DNA from: Octopus bimaculoides
Lineage: Eukaryota
Assembly: GCF_001194135.2 (NCBI RefSeq)
Contig: NC_069000.1
Coordinates: 34,141,930 to 34,185,615 of the forward strand
Direction: 5' to 3'
DNA: 43,686 nucleotides
The notes beneath the pieces were generated by a model. The model ran no database searches. It saw nothing but the letters and a program-made list of their open reading frames with translations, and had not been told where the DNA came from. The position numbers and the translations under genes are program-made. Of this stretch, positions 21,283-34,239 are shown in pieces; within the stretch, counting starts at the first letter, position 1, and every line of letters starts with the position of its first letter.

Positions 21283-22918
21283 GTGGGAATGAAGATTAAT
21301 ACAAAAACAAAAGACAACTCTTAGGCAGTTTTCACATTTTAAATCAAAAATTGATAATAGCTAATTACAGGACAGATTTTACAATATTTTAACACATGAT
21401 TTAGAGCAGTGAACTGGGAGAATTGTTAGAGTACTGGACACAAAGCCTTGCAATATTTCTTCCAACTCTTTATGTTCTGAGTTCAATCCTGACTTTCATT
21501 CCTCCAAAGTTGATAAAATAAACTGTTATGTACTGAGGTTAATGTAATTGACTATACCACCCAACTCAAAAATTGCTAGCTTTGCACCTAAATTGGAAAC
21601 AACAATTAAGGTAATAATGATTTAGGGCCATGGATTGGCAAAATTGTTTGAACATTGGACAAAATATCTAGCAGTATTTGTTCTGGCACTTTATGCTTAG
21701 AGTTCAAATATCAAGGCCTTCTTTGATATAGTAGCAACTAATCAAAAACTTATTGGGGTTCCACAAACACAATATATAATCTGGGTATGGCTGTGTTGTA
21801 AGAAGTTTGCTTCCAACTACATGGTTCCAAGTTCAGTTCCACTGTGTGGTACCTTGGGCAAGTGTATTCTACTATAGCAACAAGCTGACCAAAGCCTTAA
21901 GTGGATTTGGTAGACAAAAATTGAAAGTAGTAGTAGTAGTAGTGTGTGTGTGTGTGCACGTGGTTGTCTCCCAGCACTGCCTAACAGCCAGTTTTGGTGT
22001 GTTAATGTTCCTGTAACTTATTAGTTCAGCAAAAGAGGACACTAGAATAAGTATCAGGCTTTGTTCAATTAAAATTCTTCAAGGTGGTGCCACAGTGTTA
22101 TGACTGGAACAAGTAAGAGATAAAAGAAAGATCCCAGACCATGATAGAGGTACATTTAAATGATAATGGAAAGATAAAAAAAAAAAACTACAAAGTGCCC
22201 CCTAACTGGCTCCTGTGTCGGTGGCATGTAAAAAGCACCATCTGAACATGGTTGATGCCAGTGCCCCCTAACTAGCTCCCATGCTGGTGGCACATAAAAA
22301 GCACCACTACAATTTTGGAGTGGTTGGTATTAGGAAGAACATCCAGCTGTAGAAACCTTGGCAGTTCAGATTGGGGCCTGGTGTAGCCTCCTGGCCTGTC
22401 AGTCCTCAGTCAAACTGTCCAACCCATGCCAGCATGGAGAGTGGACGTTAAATGATGATGTCCTCAACAAGGATTGAGTCTTAAAATGGTACAGTTGTCA
22501 ATTGTTATTGCACAGTGAACAATTTTGGGTCTCGTGCTTAGAGTAGAAAAGAAACTGGCAGTCATCTTTGTTAAATCCATTCCATACCCTACACTGAGAT
22601 TTGTCCTAAAGCAGGAGTTTAGACTAAAAAAATGGTAACGGCATTTAAGTACACAGGTCATTAAGATATTTACTTGCTGTATAAGCAAATTTTGATTCAT
22701 TAATTTAGCAGTGAACAAGTTGATGTAAATGAGGTTAAAAGTGAAACTAAGAGGTTCAAATGAATAAATTGACATTCTCAAATTAATTGACCCCAGTACT
22801 TATTTTTTTGTTAAGCCTGGTACTTATTCTATTGGTCTCTCATGCTGAACCACTAAGTTATAGGGACTTAAACATACCAACACTGATTGGTGGTGGAGGA
22901 CAAACATAGACACAAAAG

Positions 22919-22952
<34 letters not shown>

Positions 22953-24249
22953 GTGCACACAATGGGCTTCTTTCAGTTTCCGTCTACCACATCCATTCAC
23001 AAAGCTTTGGACAGCCCAAGGCTATAGTAGAAGACACTTTCCCAAAATACCATGCAGTGGGACTGAACCCAGAACAATGTGGTTACAAAGCAAGCTTCTT
23101 ACCACACAGCCACGCCTGAGAAAGATCTTTTTTTTTGTGGAAGACTGTCAGGTTACCCATGTATACAAGGCTCTGTTCTCTATGCCTCTGATGTTTATCC
23201 AGGGAAAATGTTACCAACTTAGGCTAATACAGTTTGGCACCAGTGTTGTTGCAGACATTGCTGTCAATATGCAAAGAGCAGGGAACAGTTCCATTAATCC
23301 ATTACTCTAGATTGGTACTTTATTATTGACCCTGAAAGGGTGAAAGGCAAAGTTGATCTTGCTGAGATTTGAACTCCCAACACAGAGAATCAGAACAGAT
23401 ACCACTTGGCATTTAATCCAACATGAATGATACAGCCTATTTTCTGCTTTGGTGATCAACTGAAGCAATTAATATTCCAAAACTAATTTGCATTTGTCTA
23501 AATGGCATCTAATTACCTTCCTAATCAGTAAATTTTTGATGAAGCATTTGTAGGTGCAGGGATGGCTGTGTGGTTAAGAAGCTTGTTTTGCAAGCATGTG
23601 GTGTTAGGTTCAGTCCCACTCACCTTGGGTGAGTGTCTTTTACTATAGCTCCAGGCTGACTAATGTTTAGTGAGTAAAACTGGTGGAGAGAAACTGTGTG
23701 GAAGCCCATTATTTGCACATGTATAGATAGAGAGTGTGTAAGTTTATGATCATCTTCCTATTGCTTGACAACCCATATTGGTTTGTTTATATCCCTGTAA
23801 CTCAGTGAGTCAGTGAAAGATATTGATAGAATATGTATCAGTCTTAAAGACAAAAAATAAATACTGGGGTCAATTTGTTCAAGCAAACCCTTCAAGGAAA
23901 TGTCTCAGCATGGCTGCAGTCCAAAGATTGAAACATGTAAAAGTATCACCATAGAATTAAGAAGTTTGCTTCATAATTACTCGATGCCATTATACTGTAC
24001 CTTGGGCTGACTCAAGCTTTGTGAGTGAACTTGGGTAGACAAGGTGAAAAGAAGCCTATAATATCATGTCTGCTTTTGGATGGCAGAGTGTTTTTAGTGG
24101 AAACCACTGTTGTAAGAATATGGACCTAATTAGAGTTTCTGCTTCCTTTCTTGAAAAAAGCGGATACATGTATATTCCTGACAGATCTGAAATAATACTA
24201 GCATGCATGTGTGTGTGTGTGTGTGTGAATAGAAACATATATTACTTAC

Positions 24250-24329
24250 GTCTCTCCATCGAGGCCCTCATCAGTTTCAACAATATTGACAGTCTCATTG
24301 AATACAGCAGTCTGGTAAAAGTTACCTTC
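24250..24329 (-). CDS. SSR1: SSR1 exon (EGNFYQTAVFNETVNIVETDEGLDGE-T)
   Basis: Acceptor ttttcAG and donor GTAAGT. AVFNxTV...E..GLDGET with an N-E-T sequon. 80 nt. Confidence 0.97.
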
Positions 24330-27272
24330 CTGAAAAGAGGTCAATTCTAGTCTGTTAGATCCTTATTTTCTCTAAGCTGTGTGCTTGTGCACGCTGCACA
24401 TATATAGTTTACCACTGGTGTACAAAACTAACTAATGTGTGCTGAAAAGGCTAGTTGCCTAAAATAATTGAGTAATTATTCCAACTATATTAGTACAGGT
24501 GCTCTGGTTAGACATACTTTTGTCACAGGAAAAGAATTTGCATCCGTGCCAATTGCATGTAAAAAGCAACCTTCGAATTTTGGGCCTCATGGGAGGCAAT
24601 GACAAGTGACTGAGACCTTTGGCAATATACTATTAAACCAAGTGAGATTGCAGTTGTGCCGATGCCAGTGTTTTGTAACCCTAACCACTACACTCTTGGA
24701 GTGGTTGGCATTAGGAAGGGCATCCAACTGTAGAAACTATACCAAATCAGATTGGAACATGGTGCAGCCCCTCAGCTTACCAGTTTTCAGTCAAACCATC
24801 CAACCCATGTCAGCATGGAAAACAGCCTTTAAATGATGATGATGATCTTTACTCATGCTGACCATTAAATGTTGTTTCCAATTTCTATTTAAAAAACATT
24901 TTTGTTTCTAATTTACTCCCTACTAAATGCTAGAAGGAAAACAGTGTTAGACCAACAAATATTCCAAGATAGGTCTTGTTAATCAAGTGGTCATATATTG
25001 CACTGTAAATACATTTACTATCTGAAAATCAAAAGGTTGTCATCATCATTGTTTAACATCTGTCTGCCAAGCTGACATGGGTAGGACAGTTTGACAGGAA
25101 CTGGCAAGTCAGAAGACTGCACCAAGCTCTATTGTCTGTTTTGGCTTAATTGATATTTGTATTAGATATAATAGATGCAATTTATACCTAGGTATATTGT
25201 AAAGTATTTGTTAAACAAGGAGCATAAAATACATTTCAGATAAGCTCAGGTATCCTTGCATTTTAGTTTGAACTAAAGCTCGTTAAATACTTACCTACCT
25301 AGATAGATAGTTAGATAGATATTTAGATATATAACACAAACAAAATGATATTATGACGTACAGACGAGACAAACAAGTAAATGATAAGTGAAGTTAGACA
25401 AGTAAAACTCATGGTAGAAAAAGTAAAGAAATACGAAACGAAACAATTGAAAAGTGTGTACACTGGAAACAAATATACCCATGAAAGAACTAGAAAAGGA
25501 TTTAACAGGTTGGGCTATAGCTTTTATCAAAGATAAGGAAGGGAAATCAGAGAGGAAAGAGAAAAAGAAACAAATGATACTGAATTTATGATACCTGTTT
25601 ACATTGCAGGATTAATGTGAAAAGGGAGGAGGAAGTGGAGACACACACACTGGGTCATAGTGAGAGTAGGTGGGGAGAAGAGAAGACGAAAGACAAGGGT
25701 AAAGGCAGAAATGTAGATGGGGAGAAAATGAACGAAGGAGGAAAGTGAGAAGAGGAATGGGAGACCTCAGAGTTTGGGTGAGTGAATGTGTGTGTGTTTG
25801 TATAGTGAAATATAGCTAAATGTGTAATGTTAGATAGCATTTGACTGGAGAAATACCAACAGAATGCTGTGCATGACTTGGATAAGCAAGCAGCAGATGC
25901 AAACAATGTTATCAAAATTCTGGTAACACATCATCATCATTGTTTAATGCCCACCTACCATGCTGGCATGGGTAGCAAACTGAAATCAGTTGAGCCAGCT
26001 AATTAATATTTTGGCAGTCGAGTCTTGCTAGAAAAAGCAGTAAAATTTCCCCCAAAGCATCTCCTACCACCTTAAAAAAAAAGGTGACACTTCATTCACA
26101 TAGTTTTGAATTAATCATGCATTATCTTGTAGCTTTGACATTTTGAAGATCTGATTATTTTTTAGAACAACACCTTAAGGTATGTGTGAGAAGCTGGATC
26201 TGGGCAGTTTGAACTATAAAACAGGTAGAATATTTGAGTTGGATATTGCCAGTATAAATGTTGAAGGATTAAAGAAATAATCATTGGTAACAACAAATTG
26301 AACATTAATATTATTATTATTGTTGTCATCATCATCATTCAGATGCTACCAAGGTTGGCTTTGCTTTTCATTCTTTCGGGGTCGATAAAATAAACAGCAG
26401 TAGAGCAGTGGGGGTCTATGCAATCGACTGGCTCCTCCCCGACAAATTTCAGACCTTATGCCTATCATAGAAAGAATTGTTATTCTTTACGTTCTGATGT
26501 CAAATTCTGCTGAAGTTGACTTCACCTTTTATCCTTTTATGGTCAATAAAATACCAGTGGAACACTGGGCTCAAGGTAATTGACTAGCTTCATCTCCAAA
26601 TTCCAGGTTTTGTGCCTGTAGTAGAAAGGATTATAACAATTTTAATAATAATAATTATTATTATTGCTGCTGTTGAATTTAAAGTTTTAAACCATTTAAT
26701 TTGTTTTAAGAAACCAATAACAATAATATTAATTGCACCAAGTGTGTTTCTATGTGGTCACTCAACCTGCCTGAAATATTGATGACAGCATAACAGCTGT
26801 AATTTAGAGGAGTAGATTTTTTTAAATTAAGGAGATTCCTTTCACAAAACAACATTTGTAAAGGTTAAACATCCACACAAAGTGAGTAGAAGAGCATACA
26901 TTAAAGTAGTTAGGAGTCGATTAGAAATTAATAGGATCAAGAATCATTTACAAAGACAAAATACAGTTAAGTGATGTGAAGAACACAGACTAAGACAATA
27001 GTAGGTGATGGTAAGGAAAGACAACTGGATAGAATTGTCTTTCTGACTGCAAAACATGAATACATTGAATGATAATGATGGTAGATATGATAGTGACAAT
27101 GAGATAACAGATTATTTTCAGGATTAAAAGCTGATAAAAATGAAAAAGAAGTGCATGAAAATAATTTCCTCTTTATGAATGATAATGAATTGGAGATAAA
27201 GACACTCCTGTACCCTTATTTACCACAATTTTACAGTACTGAGAATAGATTATTTATCAAATTTAAACTCAC

Positions 27273-27404
27273 TGCATCCTGGTAATTTATATTCAAAACA
27301 AGTCCAAAGGGTCGAGCATGTAAAGCTTCATTTGGGATAAATTCATATTCAAAGCTGGCCTGTCTTTTGGGCTCTATAGCTTGGTTATAACGAACAGTGG
27401 TGAA
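27273..27404 (-). CDS. SSR1: SSR1 exon (FTTVRYNQAIEPKRQASFEYEFIPNEALHARPFGLVLNINYQDA)
   Basis: Acceptor tttcAG and donor GTGAGT. RQA(T/S)FEY.F.P...RPFGL.INLNY motif. The N-F-T sequon is formed across the splice. 132 nt. Confidence 0.97.
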
Positions 27405-29380
27405 CTGAAAGAAATTAATGTTAAATAGATAAATAAGGTTTTACTTATATCTTAAGTGATATTTACACAACTGACAATAATAACGTCACTCTACAGAACA
27501 GTCATCAGTTTTAGTAATGAGTACAATTGTGATGCTGCTGACTTCATGGAAACTAATGGTTTAGGTCTCAATAACTTATAGCAAAGCTGCAGTAGCAAAC
27601 ACAAAAAAGCATACAGCAAGCTTAACTATTAATAATGAAACCAGTCACAGACAGAAAAACATGACCTATCTTGGAACATCTTGCTCTCCTAGAATAGAAT
27701 TTTAACAAATACAGTAAACAACTCAACCTGTTATGAGGTTTTCTTAAAAAAAATAAACTTCTACTTGATAATTTAACCACAAAACTATTCCAAGAAGTCA
27801 GAGGTCAAAGCATGAAGCAAAACCAGCATCTGGATCTAATTTGCAACAGAAAATGTTGTCAATCCATCAACAAGCAAACCTTAATAGTGCAGATGATGAG
27901 AATTTCTTTGAACAAGAAATTGGTTATACAGAAGCTTGTCTGAGATTAAAGAAATTAATATCTAAGTTAAAATATAGACTGACTACTCAATCAAATATTC
28001 TGTGTGATCACAAAGCTGTGGAATCAGATTCAGAAGCAATTATTGGATTGCTGGGGTAGGAGTTAGTAAAACCGTACAAACACTAGTTAAATGTAAATTG
28101 TAATATAATGTCTCAAAATTTCCAGTTTGACAGATACTAATTTAATATTTCTGCACTGAAAACAATCAAATAAGAACTTCTATTTAAAAGGATCTGGTAG
28201 AAGAAATACTGTTTCTAAGAATATAACATCAGTTGATTTTGGATTTTGAATTTTGATTTAGCTGTTGCTTTGATGTAATGTAGGCACAGGTATGCTTGTG
28301 TGGTTCAGATATTTGCTTCCCAACCATATGGCTTTGGTTTCAGTTCCACTTATTGGCATGTTGGGTGAGTGTCTTCTGCTATAGCCTTGTAAGTAGATTT
28401 GGTAGACAGAAACTAAAGAAGCCTTTCATGTGTATGTGTTTCCATCATATTCACTGGTTTGTAAACAATGGCTTCCTGTTGGCACCATTAGCTTGTATGT
28501 AGTCCACTTTGAAAGAGTATCCAGGCTACATGACATGTTGCACAATCTTTGTAAATAAAAGGCTCCTTAAATGGTGTTCCAATTCCACACTTAAAACCTG
28601 TCCAGACTGTTAGTTGTTTAATAGACTGGGAGATTACAACCTCACTTGGAAACGAGTGGAGGTTGAAAAAGTAGACATCAAAATGAAAATGGTGATGTTT
28701 CTATAATAAATTCTGTAAGGATAAACTTTCCAATATTTTAAAACAATTTTTATTACATGATGATAATTTTATATTCAAAGAATGCTTTATTCTCAGAAAT
28801 GAAGGGCTATGAATCTAATTCAGTTTATTTCTTTTAAAATGGTTATTGTGTAAATCGCTTTGAGTGTTCAGCTCCTTTAGTTTTAACTTTGGCATACTTT
28901 AGATTTTAGAAATAGTAAACAAGTATTTTTCATAGTGTTTATGTATGTGTATGTGCGTGTGTGTATTTCATTTATATCCTTTACTTAAAACTGCTTCTTT
29001 TAATTTTGTAGGTTTTGTTCTAATTAGTTTTAACTGATCAGATTATATTTAGAAAAAGCAATATCATGCCTCTAAACCCCAAACTTAAACAAGTTAGGGT
29101 GATAAAAAGTACCTTAATGATTCACACTAGCCAAATTTGTGTTTGCAATCATTAGTAAGAAATATGGTTAGTCTGATTAAAAAAAAAAAGGAGAAGGCAT
29201 GGTTGGGGGGGGTCAGTGGTTAATCAATCATAAATCAAAGAATTAGAGTCAAAGGTTTTGTGCACTGACTCCACAGCCTTGCGTGATCATTCACAGATAT
29301 ATAATCACCAACATAAATACACAACATCTCACAGACATCTGACATTGGGTCTTTAAAAAAATTCAAATGCATAACCACAT

Positions 29381-29404
<24 letters not shown>
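29381..29404. repeat. (CA)n microsatellite
   Basis: Read directly. Confidence 0.95.
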
Positions 29405-29411
<7 letters not shown>

Positions 29412-29445
29412 AATAAATTATATTTCAGGAAATTGTGGCACTTAC

Positions 29446-29573
29446 ATTCTGGATATAAAATGAGAAGTCTTGAGGATATCTAAGAGAAGCTTCCATAGTG
29501 TCAACAGTAAAGTCATTCTTGCCAATATTCGTGAAACCAACTAATATCCGGACAGGCTTTCCAGCTGGCAGTT
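29446..29573 (-). CDS. SSR1: SSR1 exon (LPAGKPVRILVGFTNIGKNDFTVDTMEASLRYPQDFSFYIQN)
   Basis: AG acceptor and GTAAGT donor. Hallmark LVGFTN..G..DF.V...EAS.RYPQD..FYIQN. 128 nt. Confidence 0.97.
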
Positions 29574-29916
29574 CTATATAAGAAATAGATGAAATGACTA
29601 AACAAAGTGCTACCACTTGAAATGTTGGGCCATAACAAACTAACACTACTTTCAGAAGTTATGTGGCTGAGAGAGAGAGAGAGAAAGAGAGAGAGTAGGG
29701 TAGTTATTTTAGCCAACATCTGACTACTAATTACCGTGGCCCTCCAGTCTGCTAAAATATATGTGGACTGTTATAGTATTTAGTGTTTCTGGGTAAGACT
29801 AAGAAATACTTCAAGAGAAAAGTAAAATATTTTTACCTGGAGTCTAAAACTATGTCAGTATCATTAACTACTCTTTGAAGTACAAGAAAGTTCTTAATCA
29901 TTATAAAGTGTCCACT

Positions 29917-29986
29917 CAGTTCTATATTTAAGAGATGAGGAATTCTGTACACTATTTACATTTGACAAATATCTGTCAAATGTAAA
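29917..29986. repeat. Palindromic remnant made from the hammerhead-SINE tail
   Basis: TTTACATTTGACA-aatatc-TGTCAAATGTAAA (29955-29986), preceded by the revcomp of the tail end. Confidence 0.8.
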
Positions 29987-30332
29987 GAAGGTATCCATAG
30001 TTTAAAAATTTAACTTTATAACCAGTAGCTATAGTCCAAATATTCACAACAATTATGTAAACATTTAAAGCCTATCAATGAAGCCACGAAAGCATTATAT
30101 AGAAATTATATTGGTATTATAACTATATAATATATTCGAATTATGTATTGTGACAGAATATGTAAGCTCAGTTTGATAGCTAAAGTTTTGCATTGATTAT
30201 CTATTGATTAATAATTTATGGTTATGTCTAAGATTAATTAATATTGATAATTAATGTGCTCAGTAATCAGATTCTAAACTTCTGACACAAAGGCAGAATA
30301 TTTTCAAATAATTACTCTGAAGATATCCTCAC

Positions 30333-30426
30333 CTGTAGATGTCACTGGCTTGATGAAAAGAATGTAGGTATCAGCAAAAGGTGATGCACTCAATGGTTTT
30401 TCATCATCATCATCTTCTTCTTCTCC
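30333..30426 (-). CDS. SSR1: SSR1 exon (GEEEDDDDEKPLSASPFADTYILFIKPVTST-E)
   Basis: Acceptor tttcAG and donor GTGAGG. Matches the ASPxADTxILF motif. 94 nt. Confidence 0.95.
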
Positions 30427-31017
30427 CTGAAATAAAAACATAATAAATTTAAACACTATTTCCTAGGATAGTTTTTAAGTAGAAGACAAAAGTTTTAGTA
30501 GCAGAAACTCTTAAAAATGATCAAAAGTGACAAAATTGAATCTCACCAATAAGATTTAAATTGAATAAGATGTCCATCTCTAAAATAAACCCATTTATTA
30601 AACTATTTCTTCAATTCCTATTTCAAAACTATAAAGCAAAATCTCATTGCTTTTCATTGGATATTTTGATAAATTCGTTAACCATGGATTCCAATTTTTT
30701 GAAGTCGTTAACCTTCATAATTCCTTATTACTAAACCCAGTTACAGGAATATAGATAGCATGATAAATCTCTGCACACCAAAAGATCTCAAAGTTAGTTC
30801 CTGAAGCAGATGAGATCAATCTCCTCATCAATAAGATGTCAGTTGATTGCATATGATATTAGCCACTAGATAACCTGGTATCTACAGGTCACAGCTAAAT
30901 AGGACACTGACAAGACACCTATACCAGATATTAAGTGCTGGTCATCATTAACACATCAACTTAAGCCTTTTACTTTTACTATGTGAATAGCACATAATAA
31001 ATACACATGCATGCAAT

Positions 31018-31236
31018 ATCATCATCATCGTTTAACGTCCGCTTTCCATGCTAGCATGGGTTGGACGATTTGACTGAGGACTGGTGAACCAGATGGCTAC
31101 ACCAGGCTCCAATCTGATTTGGCAGAGTTGCTACAGCTGGATGCCCTTCCTAATGCCAACCACTCCAAAAGTGTAGTGGGTGCTTTTATGTGCCACCGGC
31201 ACGAAGGCCAGTCAGGAGGTACTGGCAATGGCCACA
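31018..31236 (-). mobile_element. Young RTE 3'UTR-family copy with (ATG)n tail
   Basis: Nearly identical to 40327-40576. Confidence 0.9.
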
Positions 31237-31614
31237 CTATATTAAAATTAATGAATGGAATGGAGTTATCACCAGATCACACTGATCTTTTATCAGACTT
31301 CTAACGTTGGTACAATGCCTTCACACATCTGGGTGAAGGCATGGTATAGTCAACTATAAGAGGCCCCAGTACTCGACTGGTATTTTATTTCTTTCTTAAG
31401 CCTGGAAGGATGAATAGCAAGGTTTATATCAGCAGGATTTTAACACAAAATGTAAAAAGCATGTAAGTAAAGACTGCAAGACATATTTCGTTTGTTCCTC
31501 TGCTTTCTTGACACTTTAATAACTTTTGTGTAACTTAACTTGATACTTTAACATTTATGGAGTGAATGGAAAAAGACAATTCTCAGCCACTATACCTCAA
31601 GAGGGATGACTCAC

Positions 31615-31754
31615 TTTATCTGATACTGCAGATTCTGTTTCAACTGTCCCTGCTTCTTCGCTTGCTCCATCATCTGTTTCTACAGTGGCTTCTTCCTCTT
31701 CCCCTTCAACAGGATCAGCATCTTCTGCCATTGCCAATCCATTCTGGCAACCTC
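31615..31754 (-). CDS. SSR1: SSR1/TRAP-alpha exon (xGCQNGLAMAEDADPVEGEEEEATVETDDGASEEAGTVETESAVSDK)
   Basis: Poly-T acceptor ctgtAG and donor GTGAGT. End of the signal peptide followed by the acidic luminal N-terminus typical of TRAP-alpha. 140 nt. Confidence 0.9.
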
Positions 31755-32068
31755 CTACAGAAAAAAAAAAAAGACATTTTTTCCCATCTTCGTATAATAT
31801 GATATTGCTTTCTGGTGTTGAAATAAGATCAAAAATTTGTAAGAAAGCGATATCCAGTCAATAAACTGAAATCAGAATATAACAAACTTAATTTTAACAA
31901 TCCAACATGGTTAAAGGCAAAGTCATTCTGTATGCACATTTCTTGTTATTTTCACTCTTGACAATGTGAGAACAAATGCATGAAATAATTCTTTTTTATT
32001 TTTGGTCTAATCTGACACAGAATGCAAAGAAAGAAAACTAAAAGCTTAATCCTTTATTCTTTTTACCT

Positions 32069-32292
32069 TTAACCCTTTAGCATACAAGTCATATCTGGCC
32101 CCAAATTTTCTCCCTGTTTTATGTTAAAGCTGGCCAAATCTAGCTTCTCATCTATACCTAACAATGTCGTTCAAAACATAAGCAACCATGTCATAGAAAT
32201 CTCAAAACTACAAAGATAATGCATGATTAATTCAAATCAATGTGAATGAATATGTATTACAGTTGATAAAATAATCTGAATGCTAAAGGGTT
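32069..32292. mobile_element. piggyBac-type MITE (weaker copies at about 14110-14335, 20690-20920, 26090-26270)
   Basis: TTAACCCTTTAGCAT...AATGCTAAAGGGTT. Confidence 0.85.
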
Positions 32293-32299
32293 GTATGAT

Positions 32300-33180
32300 A
32301 TTAATCATTTATATGGAAACAAATGTTTCAAGGCCATTTTCCCTGCCAAAGCAGGGGTTAGACATTTCATTTTGCCCCAACTTCTCCATCTCTTGGACAA
32401 CCTCCTTGCCTCTATTATTTCTAACCACATCTGCCTTGCTCCCCCTTTCTCTACATCCTCCCACATTCATTTGTCACTTCTCCACCTTGTTACCTTTAAC
32501 CTTCCTCAGTACATGTCCTAGTCATCTCATTCTATTCATCAGTGACTATTTCCATCACTCTCAGCAATTCATCGTTTAAACTCCTCCCTCCCAGGATCAC
32601 TCATTCACTAAACCATTCTCATTTCTCTTCTTTCCTGCTCCTCATTCATCACTGATGTCTTTACTCCTATCAGTCATGACGACTTATACATACAACATAT
32701 ATAACTTTCTCATCAATTTCAGTGACACTTCCTTTCCCATTACTACACCTCTCAGTTCCTAGAACTTCTTTCATGCGCATCTACTCTAGCTACCTTCACT
32801 AACTTCAATTCACCTTCTTCATTCAAATTATCTCCTAGGTAACAAAATGTTTTCACACCTTCCATCTTCATTTTCTTTCAAGAGCTAACTCACATTCCCT
32901 CCCTCCCATCTGCAGTTCTCACCTTAGACATGTCATACTTAAGTAACTACAACACTACAACAGCTCTGATGAACCTGCCTGCACACATTCCCTGTTCTGC
33001 CACCTCAGCACCTGCTTTATCATTTGCCATCACCTTTGGTTTTCTAACATTCACATTCATACCTATTACTCCCATACAGACCTTCTGCCTATTCAACTTC
33101 CCCTTCAATCCATCCATGCTCTCTGCTATTAACATCTGCCTGCAACAAGTCTCATTGTAAACCTGCCATGGCTTACTACA
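32300..33180 (-). pseudogene. Heavily decayed RTE reverse transcriptase remnant
   Basis: GKPW....MLIAESMDGLKGKL...GMNVNVRKPKVM resembles PWELLYADDLVLIAES..LK.K....GLRVNL.KTKVM. Confidence 0.65.
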
Positions 33181-33199
33181 GAAAGTTTACCAAGGAAGT

Positions 33200-33720
33200 G
33201 GTAAATGGGCAGAAAAGAGAGGGTCTGCCAGTCCAAGGTTTTGTTTCCATATCTAGAATGTCTTCTCTAAATCTTTGATTCAGTTATAAGAACTAAGTCA
33301 TCAGCATACACAAGTTCCCACAGTTGACCAGTCTTAACCTCCTCTGTAATGGTCTGGAGGACAGTGATAAACTAAGGAGGCTAAAAATATTTAGCTTCAA
33401 TGGACCACTACCTACATACTAAATTCATGGTTGTGCTGTACACATTGCTAAGTACATCACTGCATATGGTTTGCACAACCATTGAAGGTTAGTTTCTTTA
33501 GTGACCACCAGGTTAGAGTGTGACACTCTGTCAAAGACCTTTTCTATGTTGATAAATATGAGATAAACCGATACCGCATCTCATCAAGGATACTCCTAGT
33601 TCTAATCAATTTTGCTGGGATCCTTTCACTCATTCTCACAACCTGGTCCATAAACTTGACACTCATGTAGTTTCTAACTCTAGTGCATCTCCTTTGTTCT
33701 TGTAGCAGTTAATAACAGGG
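33200..33720 (-). pseudogene. RTE reverse transcriptase remnant with a YADD motif
   Basis: NCYKNKGDALE..RNY...DEM..F, then EKVFDRV, then FITVLQTITEEVKTGQLWELVYADDLVLITES. YADD at 33308-33297. Contains frameshifts and stops. Confidence 0.88.
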
Positions 33721-33852
33721 TTTGAGAGACACGGAGTCTAGTGCATCAATAAGAAACAAATTCAAGTACTTTATAGCTCAACCTAAGCCCTGATTGAGTA
33801 GGTCTATGGTCAAAAGTTTTCCAGTTTTTTTCGCTTTTGTACATTAGGAATG

Positions 33853-34239
33853 GTGGAGGCGCAATGGCCCAGTGGTTGGGGCAGCGGTCTTACGGTCATA
33901 GGATCGCGGTTTCGATTCCCAGACTGGGCGTTGTGAGTGTTTATTGAGTGAAAACACCTAAAGCTCCACAAGGCTCCGGCAGGGGATGGTGGCGAACCCT
34001 GCTGTACTCTTCCACCACAACTTTCTCTCACTCTTACTTCCTGTTTCTGTTGTACCTGTAATTCAAAGGGCCAGCCTTGTCACACTGTGTCACGCTGAAT
34101 ATCCCTGAGAACTACGTTTAGGGTACACGTGTCTGTGGAGTGCTCAACCACTTGCATGTTAATTTCACGAGCAGGCTGTTCCGTTGATCGGATCAACTGG
34201 AACCCTCGACGTCGTAAGCGACAGAGTGCCGACACAAAG
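33853..34239 (+). mobile_element. Full-length tRNA-derived SINE with a 12-bp TSD
   Basis: A box TGGCCCAGTGG (33865-33875) and B box GGTTTCGATTCCC (33908-33920). TSD ACATTAGGAATG at 33841-33852 and 34240-34251. CpG-rich. Confidence 0.95.

Noticed and set aside
22464-22781. 105-aa minus-strand ORF in an SSR1 intron
   Set aside because: The flanking SSR1 exons already join in phase without it, and it has no recognisable motif.
33853-33930. tRNA-like sequence as a real tRNA gene
   Set aside because: It continues into a 300-nt SINE body bounded by a 12-bp TSD, with no poly-T terminator after the tRNA-like part.
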